From Candidatus Moraniibacteriota bacterium (GTDB lineage Bacteria; Patescibacteriota; Minisyncoccia; Moranbacterales; GWC2-37-73): DNA of 64,000 nucleotides. The notes beneath the pieces are model-generated. The model made no database searches. It was given only the letters and a program-made list of their open reading frames with translations, and had not been told where the DNA came from. The first letter of the stretch is position 1; every line of letters begins with the position of its first letter. The translations under genes and the position numbers were made by a program. Positions 9,737-18,718 of the stretch are shown here, in pieces. The stretch spans positions 206,132 to 270,131 of the forward strand of contig DNVR01000019.1 of NCBI GenBank assembly GCA_003507445.1. The letters are read 5' to 3'.

Positions 9737-10699
9737 ATGGCAAAGAGATTATTTGAGTCGGTAGGTAATGACGTTTCCGCTATTACTAAGGGATCACAAC
9801 CGGAAGAAATAAAAAAAATTACAAAAGAAGCGGGGGAAGATTCTAGGAAATTATTATTTGAGGAGATGGAATCTGATATTGAAAAAATTGCTCCCAGTCT
9901 CGTTGATATTTGCGAAAAAGTATTAGAAGAAAAACCAGATATAATAATTTTTCTTGATAAGAGCGCACGTATTTTTGCGGGTCCAATTAAAAAGTACCTT
10001 GGAGATTCAACTGAAGGCAAAAAAGATGTTTTGCCGAAATTTTATTTTTATAATAATGATACAATTAACCAAGAAATTACCAAATATAGAGGTGGAGTTT
10101 TTTGTGCTCAGGTTGATTTAGATCTGGAAAAGAAAATTGCCGATGAATTCAAAATATTGACAGGAAAGAAAATTTTTATAGTTGATGAAAATTATTCCTC
10201 TGGAAAGGTTTTACGTATGTGGATAGAAGTTAATAATGTGCTTAATGGTCTTGATCCGGAAACACAAATTCATTTCTTTGCTTTAACAAGAGATGAACAA
10301 GAAAGAGAGTATAAAGAGAGAGTTAAATTTTTTAAAAATGAAACATTAGAAAAGGCTGTTGCTGAGCCAAATTTTAAGTTTACAATTTATGACGCCGTAA
10401 AAACAAATGTTTTTTCTAAATCTGATCATTTTCAATATGTTCAAGATCGTGACTTAAACGGTAGTGTTATATCTGAAGGAATTAACAATTCTTTGAAAAG
10501 AAGCAAAATTGGTATAAATTCTCCCTTGGATTTGTCTAGTGCGAAGACAGATGATACACATCACACAAGGACAGGTACGTATGAAGAACGTGAAGAAGCA
10601 AATACTCGTATATTTGAAGCTGTAAAAATAGCGAAACAACGAACCTATGAAAAGATGAAGGAATTTTCAAATAATAAAAAAAATATTATTGGCACCTAA
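9737..10699 (+). CDS. hypothetical protein with phosphoribosyltransferase-like fold motifs
   Basis: 320 aa; IIIFLDKSARIFAGPI and KIFIVDENYSSGKVL resemble type I PRTase PRPP-binding loop; low GC unlike neighbours. Confidence 0.4.
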   Translation: MAKRLFESVGNDVSAITKGSQPEEIKKITKEAGEDSRKLLFEEMESDIEKIAPSLVDICEKVLEEKPDIIIFLDKSARIFAGPIKKYLGDSTEGKKDVLPKFYFYNNDTINQEITKYRGGVFCAQVDLDLEKKIADEFKILTGKKIFIVDENYSSGKVLRMWIEVNNVLNGLDPETQIHFFALTRDEQEREYKERVKFFKNETLEKAVAEPNFKFTIYDAVKTNVFSKSDHFQYVQDRDLNGSVISEGINNSLKRSKIGINSPLDLSSAKTDDTHHTRTGTYEEREEANTRIFEAVKIAKQRTYEKMKEFSNNKKNIIGT

Positions 10700-10730
10700 A
10701 TTTCTAGCAGTTGAGTATTATTGTTTTATC

Positions 10731-10808
10731 AAAGCCTTTGCTCGCTCTAATCTTGCCTCAACAACATCCCAATTTTCGATGATATCGGTACCCTAGCTTG
10801 TGCATGCT
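10731..10808. repeat. island-boundary conserved block, copy C (10-nt deletion relative to others)
   Basis: AAAGCCTTTGCTCGCTCTAATCTTGCCTCAACAACATCCCAATTTTCGATGATATCGGTACCCTAGC; followed by terminator-like hairpin 10811-10838 and TTGACA box (12-nt spacer to TATGCA) 10877-10905. Confidence 0.7.
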
Positions 10809-10984
10809 AAACAGAACTCAGTTGAACTCTGTTTTTGTATAGAGAAATGAGCCTTTGAACAAAAAATTTAATAAATATTGACATTTTGCTTTGGATATGC
10901 AAATATTTGATATTCCTTAACAATTGTAAGAAGTGTTCATTTTTTTCTGATAATATCGACTATATCAAGACAAAGGAGAATGCC

Positions 10985-11623
10985 ATGGCTGACAACAGAG
11001 AGCATGATAGAGATTTCCTTAAACACGTAGAAATAATTAAGCCACCTTTTGCTGACCTTGCGAATGTGGACAGAAATGCCGGATGCAATTCGTTTCCTGC
11101 TTGGGTCGGCGAAGCATGCGTTGGACTTATCTTTGATCCTGCAAGACTTGCTCCTGATGAAAAAAGAATCTCAATTCTTCCTGATGACTGGATACTGGCA
11201 CTCATGAGACAGGATCCCCAAGATCTTTCGAACATGGCTGCGCTTTGGATGCATTACAATGTGTTTTGGGGCGGGGGAATAAGTACTTCTATTGAAAATA
11301 TTAAAATTCTTGGAAAGGGGAGATTAATGGAGAAAGGTCAGAAATGTTATCTGCCGACAATACACATGAAAATCAGGTCTGCAGGTTCGGTAAATGCTTT
11401 CATTGACGGGGATGTCTGTGACGTCGATGAGTATGAGATTATCGAACTGATAGGTCGGCGTCTTCCTCCTCTTGAATATGAACATGCTTGCTTGCCGCTT
11501 GATACTCCACGGATGGATAGAGGTATGTCCAAGTGGGAAGTGATTCACAAGGAAGGAAATATTATAGACGAGTTTGCGGTACGTGCTCTTCAGAAAATGG
11601 ATGTTGAAATTATTTGCGTTTGA
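10985..11623 (+). CDS. hypothetical protein (mid/high GC)
   Basis: 212 aa from MADNREHD (ATG 10985) preceded by AAGGAGA RBS; the longer ORF from 10886 runs through the promoter-like repeat. Confidence 0.45.
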   Translation: MADNREHDRDFLKHVEIIKPPFADLANVDRNAGCNSFPAWVGEACVGLIFDPARLAPDEKRISILPDDWILALMRQDPQDLSNMAALWMHYNVFWGGGISTSIENIKILGKGRLMEKGQKCYLPTIHMKIRSAGSVNAFIDGDVCDVDEYEIIELIGRRLPPLEYEHACLPLDTPRMDRGMSKWEVIHKEGNIIDEFAVRALQKMDVEIICV

Positions 11624-11659
11624 TAGGATTCTTAAGTCTAGAGAGAAAAGGAGGATTTT

Positions 11660-11839
11660 ATGGACAAGGTGGAAGCGGATGTGTTGCATCCCAGTCATGT
11701 CACTCGTATTTCGGACGCATCTTCTTTTGATGAGATATGCATTAATTGTGGTGCGACCGATAATCCTCTTGGACTGAGGGGTGAAGGTATATGGGGAGAG
11801 TTGGCCAAGCCATGCTCCAAAGCTGCTAAGACGCAATAA
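11660..11839 (+). CDS. small Cys-containing hypothetical protein (59 aa)
   Basis: not in ORF track (<60 aa); strong RBS AAAGGAGGA 7 nt upstream; CINCG...PCSK; followed by canonical terminator. Confidence 0.4.
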   Translation: MDKVEADVLHPSHVTRISDASSFDEICINCGATDNPLGLRGEGIWGELAKPCSKAAKTQ

Positions 11840-11864
11840 AAAGACATAACGGCAAATGCCATGG

Positions 11865-11899
11865 AGACTCGCAAATCGAAAGATTTGCGAGTCTTTTTT
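11865..11899 (+). terminator. rho-independent terminator
   Basis: gagactcgcaaatc-gaaa-gatttgcgagtc followed by TTTTTT. Confidence 0.65.
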
Positions 11900-11908
11900 C
11901 ATTTCATT

Positions 11909-11993
11909 AAAGTTTTTGCGCGCTCCAATCTTGTCTCAACAACATCCCAATTTTCTATTATATCGGTTCGAAGCGTGTACCCTAGCTCTGTGC
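11909..11993. repeat. island-boundary conserved block, copy D
   Basis: AAAGTTTTTGCGCGCTCCAATCTTGTCTCAACAACATCCCAATTTTCTATTATATCGGTTCGAAGCGTGTACCCTAGC; followed by the ddl promoter (TATAAT at ~12036). Confidence 0.7.
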
Positions 11994-12073
11994 AGGTGAT
12001 AAGATGCATCAATGCGATGTGTTCTGTGTTTTTTGGTGGTATAATGGGGTTATAAGCATATTATATAAAACAT

Positions 12074-13057
12074 ATGAAAAAGGTAGGCTTGTTTTTTGGG
12101 GGCTTGGGAAATGAAGCGGAAGTTTCGGTAATTTCAGCAAGGAACGTTGCTGAAAATTTTGATCATAAAAAATATGAGCTTGTTTTGGTATATTGGAATA
12201 AAAATGGATATTTTTATATCGTGAAAAATTTTGCTGAAATAAAAAATCCAAAGAAGAAAATTAAGGAAGAGGATTTCGCAAAATATTTTGACATTGCACT
12301 GCTAATGACTCATGGGCGATATGGAGAAGATGGAATTTTGCAGGGAATTCTTGAAAGATTTAGTGTTAAATATTGCGGTTGTCGATTGTTGTCATCAGCT
12401 TTGTGTATGGATAAGGCAGTTTGTAAGAGATTTCTGGAAGGGTATAAAATTAAACAATCAAAATTTGAAGTTATTGATTTAAATATCTTAGGAAAAAAAG
12501 AAATAGGAAATGTGATTAAAAAAATTAAGAAAGAATTTAAACTGCCAATGTTTGTGAAGCCCGCAAATTCAGGATCATCAGTTGGAATTACAAAAATTGA
12601 AAAAATAAGTCAATTGGAAAAAGGTATTAAAATAGCAGCAATGCATGATCAAAAGATTGTTGTTGAAGAAGGTGTCTTGGGAATGAGGGAGGTGGAAGTT
12701 GGAGTTTTGGGAAACAACTTGTTGAATGTGTCGCGACCAGGAGAGTTGATTTTGTCCAAAGATTTTTATGATTTTGATGAAAAATATAAAAACAATAAAA
12801 CAGAAATTAAAATTCCTGCAAAGCTTGCTGCCAAACAAGAAAAGGAGATTGTGCGTCTAGCTGAAAAAATTTATCACCTTTGTGATTGCAGGGGTTTTTC
12901 AAGGCTGGATTTCTTTGTGACAAAAAATAAAGTTTATTTTAATGAAATAAACACCCTGCCTGGCTTTACCCAATTTTCTATGTATCCACAGCTTATGATG
13001 AATAAAGGTATGAGTTATAAGGAGCTTGTAAATAAGATAATAGAGTTGGCGCTTTAA
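12074..13057 (+). CDS. ddl: D-alanine--D-alanine ligase
   Basis: 327 aa; N-terminal GG...EVS motif, ATP-grasp core (KPANSGSSVGI), C-terminal NEINTLPG. Confidence 0.85.
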   Translation: MKKVGLFFGGLGNEAEVSVISARNVAENFDHKKYELVLVYWNKNGYFYIVKNFAEIKNPKKKIKEEDFAKYFDIALLMTHGRYGEDGILQGILERFSVKYCGCRLLSSALCMDKAVCKRFLEGYKIKQSKFEVIDLNILGKKEIGNVIKKIKKEFKLPMFVKPANSGSSVGITKIEKISQLEKGIKIAAMHDQKIVVEEGVLGMREVEVGVLGNNLLNVSRPGELILSKDFYDFDEKYKNNKTEIKIPAKLAAKQEKEIVRLAEKIYHLCDCRGFSRLDFFVTKNKVYFNEINTLPGFTQFSMYPQLMMNKGMSYKELVNKIIELAL

Positions 13058-13092
13058 ATATAAATTGTTAAATTGTTGAGCGATTTATAAAA

Positions 13093-13416
13093 ATGAGAAA
13101 TTATTCAAAAACTGGCGGAAAAGTTGGCAAGCCTGGGTACAGGACTTCTTCAATGTTTATCAATAAGGTTCTTGCTCAGGTGTCAAAAATACCAAAAGGA
13201 AAAACCTTAACTTACAAAGAAGTCGCTAGTCTTGTTGGCAGTCCAAAGGCTTATCGCGCGGTTGGCAATGTGCTTAATAAAAATCATGATCCCAATATCC
13301 CTTGCCACAGGGTTATTCGAAGCGATGGAAAAATTGGAGGATACAATAGGGGATCTGAAAAAAAGAAAAAACTTCTCCAGGCCGAAGGCGCAATTAAAAA
13401 AATCCACCATTCTTAA
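13093..13416 (+). CDS. ogt: methylated-DNA--protein-cysteine methyltransferase (MGMT/Ogt DNA-binding domain)
   Basis: 107 aa; active-site PCHRVI motif, YRAVGNV. Confidence 0.75.
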   Translation: MRNYSKTGGKVGKPGYRTSSMFINKVLAQVSKIPKGKTLTYKEVASLVGSPKAYRAVGNVLNKNHDPNIPCHRVIRSDGKIGGYNRGSEKKKKLLQAEGAIKKIHHS

Positions 13417-13456
13417 GTAGAAATAGTGGATTTTTTTGTATGTTTGAAGGCTTGTT

Positions 13457-14716
13457 TTATACAAAGGTCAAGGCTGTTCCGGTTTTGCCGGCGCGGCCTG
13501 TTCGTCCGATGCGGTGGATATAATCTTCATATGTTGCAGGCACATCAAAGTTGATCACGTGCGAAACATTTGGAATGTCCAGTCCGCGAGCAGCCACGTC
13601 GGTTGCCACCAAAATTTCAACGTAGTTTTCTTTGAAAAGTTTGAGTGCTTTTTGACGTTTAGCGTGAGATTTGTCTCCGTGAATTGATTGAGCCTTGAAT
13701 CCATTTTTACCCAAAATGATTGAAAGTTTTTCAGCTCCGTGTTTGGTGCGAGAAAAAATCAAAACTTTTGAGAAGTTTGCTTTGCGCAAAAGGTCTTGCA
13801 GGACTTCAATTTTGTCTTCGCCTGGTTTGACGCGCACAACATCCTGATCAATGTTAGCTGCAGTTTCTCGAGTTCGAATTGAAATTTTGATTGGGTCAAC
13901 CAAAAATTCTTGAATCAATTTTTCAATTTCAGGGGCAAGTGTTGCAGAGAAAAACAAAGTTTGTCTTTTTGGCGCAACAAGTGAAAGCAAATATCTAACG
14001 TCAGGCATAAATCCCATATCAAGCATACGGTCTGCTTCATCAAGAACCACATTTGCAAAAGTGTTGAGATGAAGATTTTTGCGTTGAATCAAATCCTTGA
14101 GTCGTCCTGGAGTTCCGATCACAACATTGTAACGTGAGCGAAGACATTCGATTTGAGTTCGAATGTTGGCACCACCAACAACCACCACTGACCCAATGCG
14201 AAGTCCAGCAGCAAAGGCGCGGAATTCTTCTTGAATCTGGATAGCAAGTTCGCGAGTTGGAACAACAACCAAAAGTTTTTCATGAGGATTTTTGATAATC
14301 TTATCAAGCATTGGAAGCAAAAATGCTCCAGTTTTTCCTGTGCCTGTGTTGGCTAGTCCAATTAAATCTTTTCCCTCAAGAATGTGGGGGATGGTTTTAT
14401 CTTGAATTGGAGTTGGGTGCTCAAAGCCACGAGCAGCAATATTTTTCTTGATTGATTCCTCTATTTTGAAATCAGCAAAAATAGTGTCTGGGACATATGC
14501 CTCAGCCTCGACGATTGGTGCCGCTTTATTAATAAATCGGCTGATATCAATATAATTTCCAGTGAAACGCTTTTTGCGACCACCTTGGTTATTGAATGAA
14601 TTTTTTTGTCCGCCTTGGAATGGCGCTCTTGAGCGCGTCGGGCGCGAACTGCCCGCTTTGAAGTTTCTGCTATGCATGTATATTTTAAACAAAACAAACT
14701 GGGAAGAAGCTTCCAA
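13457..14716 (-). CDS. DEAD-box ATP-dependent RNA helicase
   Basis: Q-motif/PTPIQ, Walker A ANTGTGKT, PTRELA, DEAD (VLDEADRML), SAT, HRIGRTGRAG; true start may be MHSRNF (14677). Confidence 0.85.
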   Translation of the reverse strand: MEASSQFVLFKIYMHSRNFKAGSSRPTRSRAPFQGGQKNSFNNQGGRKKRFTGNYIDISRFINKAAPIVEAEAYVPDTIFADFKIEESIKKNIAARGFEHPTPIQDKTIPHILEGKDLIGLANTGTGKTGAFLLPMLDKIIKNPHEKLLVVVPTRELAIQIQEEFRAFAAGLRIGSVVVVGGANIRTQIECLRSRYNVVIGTPGRLKDLIQRKNLHLNTFANVVLDEADRMLDMGFMPDVRYLLSLVAPKRQTLFFSATLAPEIEKLIQEFLVDPIKISIRTRETAANIDQDVVRVKPGEDKIEVLQDLLRKANFSKVLIFSRTKHGAEKLSIILGKNGFKAQSIHGDKSHAKRQKALKLFKENYVEILVATDVAARGLDIPNVSHVINFDVPATYEDYIHRIGRTGRAGKTGTALTFV

Positions 14717-14818
14717 GCAAGAATCGTATACACAAAAAATTAAATGTTTTTTATGTATAGATACGCTTGATGACCAAACAACTGAAGGGTATTAACATAA
14801 AAAACAATTGTAGCATCA

Positions 14819-14847
14819 TTGACAAATTCTGTCAATAGGAGTATAAT
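14819..14847 (+). promoter_or_regulatory. sigma70-type promoter of glyQS leader
   Basis: TTGACA-17 nt-TATAAT perfect consensus hexamers. Confidence 0.55.
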
Positions 14848-14854
14848 AGAGCTA

Positions 14855-15060
14855 TGTGAGGTTGAGAAAGGGGTGGCTCCTTTTCCCCTGTAATAAGGGA
14901 AAATCGAACTTGCATAAAAAAGAGTTGTCCCGTCACTCGTGAGTGACAGGAAAGTCGGGTGGAACCGCCCCGTAAACATTTCCGAGATTTTAAATTCGCA
15001 AGAAATGTTTCGAGGTCCCGTGATAACCAAGAAATTTTGGTATGATTTTTTGGGAAATGC
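14855..15060 (+). promoter_or_regulatory. T-box riboswitch leader (glycine-specific) upstream of glyQS
   Basis: T-box core AAGUCGGGUGGAACCGCC (14951-14972) matches the AGGGUGGNACCGCG consensus; UGGA bulge fits discriminator U73 of tRNA-Gly; ~300-nt structured leader after the promoter. Confidence 0.55.
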
Positions 15061-15168
15061 ACGGGGCAGGCGAGCTACTTATTTGAAACTCGTTTTGCTT
15101 ATATCAACTTAGTTGATGTGCGCGAAATGGGTTTTTTATTTATTTAAATTTGTAATTAGTAGAATCAT

Positions 15169-16539
15169 ATGGAAGAAAAAAAAGTGGCAAAGATGGAGGA
15201 CATTGTTTCGTTTTGCAAAAGAAGGGGATTTATTTTTCCAACTTCTGAAATTTATGGAGGGCTGGCAAATTCATATAGCTATGGTCCATATGGAACGGAA
15301 CTGAAAAACAACATCAAAAAGATGTGGTGGAAAAAGTTTGTGCAAAAACGCGAAGACATTGTCGGAATGGATGGACCAATTTTGCTCAACACTAAACTCT
15401 GGGAAGCTTCCGGTCACATTGGAGGATTTAATGATGCTTCAGTGGATTGCAAAAATTGCAAAAAAAGATTTCGCGCTGATCACATTGTAAAAGAATTGAC
15501 AGGAGAGGATATGGAAGGGGAATTGGAAAAAATGACCAAGACTTTGCAAGCTGGGCTTAAATGTCCTGAGTGTGGAAAGTCAGACTGGACTGAAGTGCGA
15601 AATATGAGTCAAATGTTTCAAACTGAAATGAATAGTGTTGATGGCCCAATATATCTTCGTCCGGAAACCGCAGGAGCAATTTTCTCTGATTACAAAAATA
15701 TTATTGATTCAATGCGCGTGAAAATTCCTTTTGGAGTTGCACAAATTGGAAAGGCTTTCCGCAATGAAATTGTGGCAAGAAATTTCATTTTCAGAATCAG
15801 AGAATTTGAACAAATGGAAATCGAATATTTTATTAAGCCTGAAACTGATTGGGAACCATTGTTTGAAAAATGGTTGGATGAGCAAGAAGAATTCGCGCTT
15901 TCGCTTGGTGCAAAAAAAGAAGACTTGCGTCGCTATGAGCATCCCAAGGCAAAACTTTCACATTATTCCAAAAAGACCATCGATACGGAATATAATTTTC
16001 CATTCGGATTCGGAGAGCTTTTTGGATTGGCACATCGCGGCGATTTTGACTTGACTCAACATTCAAAATTTTCAGGACAAAAACTTGAATATTTTGATCC
16101 AGTGACCAATGAGAGATTTACTCCGCACGTGCTTGAACCGACGGTTGGTTTGGATCGTTTAATTTTGACTGCGATTTGCGCGGGTTATACTGAGGAAAAA
16201 TTGGAGGATGGTGAGCGCATTGTGATGAAGTTTCCCAACACTGTTGCGCCAATCAAGGTTGCAGTTTTTCCATTGATGAAAAATAAGCCAGAGTTGGTTG
16301 CAAAGGCCAAAGAAATTTTCCAAAATCTGAGCGAGGATTTTATGTGTGAGTTTGATGATAATGGAAATGTTGGGAAAAGATATCGCAGACAAGATGAGAT
16401 TGGAACTCCATATTGTGTGACGGTTGATTTTGATTCACTTGAAGACAGCACTGTCACAGTTCGCGACCGTGACACAATGCAGCAGGAAAGAATTGCAATC
16501 TCCGAACTGCAGAAATATTTCGGAGAGAAGTTGAAATAA
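15169..16539 (+). CDS. glyQS: glycine--tRNA ligase (alpha2 dimeric class II type)
   Basis: 456 aa; FPTSEIYGG, class II motifs, Zn-knuckle CKNCKK...CPECG insertion, C-terminal anticodon-binding domain. Confidence 0.9.
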   Translation: MEEKKVAKMEDIVSFCKRRGFIFPTSEIYGGLANSYSYGPYGTELKNNIKKMWWKKFVQKREDIVGMDGPILLNTKLWEASGHIGGFNDASVDCKNCKKRFRADHIVKELTGEDMEGELEKMTKTLQAGLKCPECGKSDWTEVRNMSQMFQTEMNSVDGPIYLRPETAGAIFSDYKNIIDSMRVKIPFGVAQIGKAFRNEIVARNFIFRIREFEQMEIEYFIKPETDWEPLFEKWLDEQEEFALSLGAKKEDLRRYEHPKAKLSHYSKKTIDTEYNFPFGFGELFGLAHRGDFDLTQHSKFSGQKLEYFDPVTNERFTPHVLEPTVGLDRLILTAICAGYTEEKLEDGERIVMKFPNTVAPIKVAVFPLMKNKPELVAKAKEIFQNLSEDFMCEFDDNGNVGKRYRRQDEIGTPYCVTVDFDSLEDSTVTVRDRDTMQQERIAISELQKYFGEKLK

Positions 16540-16554
16540 ATTTTGCACACGCAC

Positions 16555-16588
16555 AAAAAACGCTCCGCGATGTTGGAGCGTTTTTTTT
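16555..16588 (+). terminator. rho-independent terminator after glyQS
   Basis: aaacgctccgcgatgttggagcgtttttttt. Confidence 0.7.
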
Positions 16589-16640
16589 GGTTTAATATCT
16601 ATGGTATAATAAAAGTGTTGAATTTTTAAAATTTTTTTCT

Positions 16641-17222
16641 ATGGATAAAAAAAGTAAAATATTACTTTGGTTTTTGGCGCTTTTAATTATTGCTTCAGTG
16701 GGGGCAACCTATTGGCGAATTATGGTCAAAAAGGATTACGTCATCGAAGCACAGATAGATTGCGATCCATATGAGGACGCGTGTTTTGTTTGGGAGTGTG
16801 ATCCTGAGTCGACAGTGGAGGGCGAGGCTTGCACTGGTGATCCTGAATTAGACGTTTGGTATTTTTCAGTGGCAGCAAGAAAAGCTGCGAACATTCCGCT
16901 TTGTAATCCTGAGACTGATGAAGATTGTGACCCATGGACTTGTGAAGATGGCGAGAAAAAGTGTTCAGAAACTTTTTGCAGCGAGGAACTTATGGCGGCG
17001 CAATATGCTTCAGCCTGTGTCGATCCGATTCAATTTGTTATAGATAATCCAGTGGAAGAAGATGTTGTTGAATGTGAAGAAAGTGATGAGGAATGCTTGG
17101 CACTCCAATCTGACGAAATTATTTGTGATCTTGAAGAAGATCCGACTTGTGTGATTGATGACATGGTGGCGACTGAGGATGAAGGTGAGAGTGAATCTGC
17201 AGAATTTGATGTGACTGAATAA
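16641..17222 (+). CDS. membrane-anchored, highly acidic, cysteine-rich hypothetical protein
   Basis: 193 aa; N-terminal TM (ILLWFLALLIIASVGATYW); about 16 Cys in CDP/CxP repeats (CDPYEDAC, CDPESTVEGEAC, CNPETDEDCDPWTC); about 25% Asp+Glu. Confidence 0.5.
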   Translation: MDKKSKILLWFLALLIIASVGATYWRIMVKKDYVIEAQIDCDPYEDACFVWECDPESTVEGEACTGDPELDVWYFSVAARKAANIPLCNPETDEDCDPWTCEDGEKKCSETFCSEELMAAQYASACVDPIQFVIDNPVEEDVVECEESDEECLALQSDEIICDLEEDPTCVIDDMVATEDEGESESAEFDVTE

Positions 17223-17268
17223 TTAGTGATAATTGTCCCAGCTGACAATTCAGATTTATATTTAACTT

Positions 17269-17811
17269 ATGAAATTTGGGTGGATAAAAAAATTCAACTT
17301 GAAAATTTTGGCAATTGGCCATATCGTTTTTCATTCTTTTGATTATGCTTTCGATTATTTGCTTTACCCATATGTTATATATGAGTTAGGTCCTATTTAT
17401 GGTGGAGTGACGATGGCGGTTCTTTCGGCCATTGTCTGTCTCGGTATTGTGTGGGTGTATGATTTCCTGGAAAAAGACTGGCTTGGTATTGAAACAGTCA
17501 AAGAATTAGTGGAAGATTTTTTTAAGGAAGAAGAAGAAATTGCTAGAAAAAAATGGAGGAAGAAAGGAAAAAAAATTATGTATTGGATTTTTCATAGAAA
17601 TAAAATTGGTCAGTTTATATTTTTATCCATAGCATTTGATCCACTCATTACGACCGTATATCTAAGACCCGGATATCATCTTTATAACGGTTTCAGTAAA
17701 CGAGATTGGAAAGTTTTTTGGGGAAGTATTTTTGTTTCAAATGTTTGGTGGACCGGAGTTGCTTTTGTGGCAGTTTCGTCACTAAAGGAGTTGGTTATGA
17801 GGTTTTTTTAA
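17269..17811 (+). CDS. hypothetical integral membrane protein
   Basis: 180 aa; 3-4 predicted TM helices; no recognisable motif. Confidence 0.45.
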   Translation: MKFGWIKKFNLKILAIGHIVFHSFDYAFDYLLYPYVIYELGPIYGGVTMAVLSAIVCLGIVWVYDFLEKDWLGIETVKELVEDFFKEEEEIARKKWRKKGKKIMYWIFHRNKIGQFIFLSIAFDPLITTVYLRPGYHLYNGFSKRDWKVFWGSIFVSNVWWTGVAFVAVSSLKELVMRFF

Positions 17812-17889
17812 AAACAATTCAGGAGTATAATATAAAAAGGTGGCAATCAAAAGCAGTTCAAGTTAAATGTTAAGAAGAGTTGTGATTTC

Positions 17890-18696
17890 ATGAATGTGAA
17901 TCAAAAAGAAAAAATTAAAAAAAATAAATTTTCAATAGAAGATATTTACACTCCACTATCTGTTGCAAAAGAAGAAGTCTGGAAAAGGTGGAATGATAAG
18001 GAATTAAGAAAGAAGGTAGATGATTTTTTGAATGGGGATGTGCCTGAATTTTTTCTTAAGGATCCATTTTCGGTTATAGTTAGGCATCTTGCAAGCCCAA
18101 ACTACGAATCACTTTATTTTGCTGATTTAGCTAAGCAGTCGGGACTCGATGTCAAATTTTTTGAATTTCCAGATGATAAGTTTATAGCGAAAAACAGAGA
18201 TAAGTATAATTTATGCAGAATGTCTTTTTTTAATGGATTGGGAAAGAATTTTTACGAAATTATTGATGTTAAGAAGATAGTAAACATACAGGATTGTGAG
18301 GGAAAAAGATTTTGCGATATAAAAACTTTATGGGATGAAAACTTAGTTGATTTTCATCATAGATCATTATTTGAACTTTTGCCAGATGCAGACGGAAAAG
18401 TTTTTGATATATCGCCCTGGTTCAGAAGAAAAGGTAGCAAGCCAAAAGATTTCTATCTATATTATCTGGCACTTTTTGTTTGTTATGGAATTCTTTTTGA
18501 AAATTTTTCAGCAAAGGAGGAAATGGCAGAAAATAATTTTAATAAAGAAATAGTTTTTCCTGCGATTAATAAGCTGATTGATATTTTTGGCGTAAAGCCT
18601 TTGATTGTGCCTGCAATACCAGTTGAAAGCGAATCTCATTCTCATTGGTGGCATTATCCATCGGAAATAAAAAAAGTAATTCCACGAAATAACTAA
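17890..18696 (+). CDS. hypothetical protein
   Basis: 268 aa; soluble; no recognisable motif. Confidence 0.45.
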   Translation: MNVNQKEKIKKNKFSIEDIYTPLSVAKEEVWKRWNDKELRKKVDDFLNGDVPEFFLKDPFSVIVRHLASPNYESLYFADLAKQSGLDVKFFEFPDDKFIAKNRDKYNLCRMSFFNGLGKNFYEIIDVKKIVNIQDCEGKRFCDIKTLWDENLVDFHHRSLFELLPDADGKVFDISPWFRRKGSKPKDFYLYYLALFVCYGILFENFSAKEEMAENNFNKEIVFPAINKLIDIFGVKPLIVPAIPVESESHSHWWHYPSEIKKVIPRNN

Positions 18697-18718
18697 TTTT
18701 TTTTAAAAAACAAAAAAT

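Noticed and set aside
8072-11995. Integron attC interpretation of island-boundary repeats
   Set aside because: No RYYYAAC / GTTRRRY core-site pair at the block ends, no intI-like gene nearby, and the blocks carry their own promoter/terminator modules unlike attC sites.
15113-15304. 63-aa ORF overlapping the glyQS leader/start
   Set aside because: It lies in the T-box leader / glyQS 5' end in another frame. It has no RBS and is explained by the riboswitch and the glyQS start at 15169.
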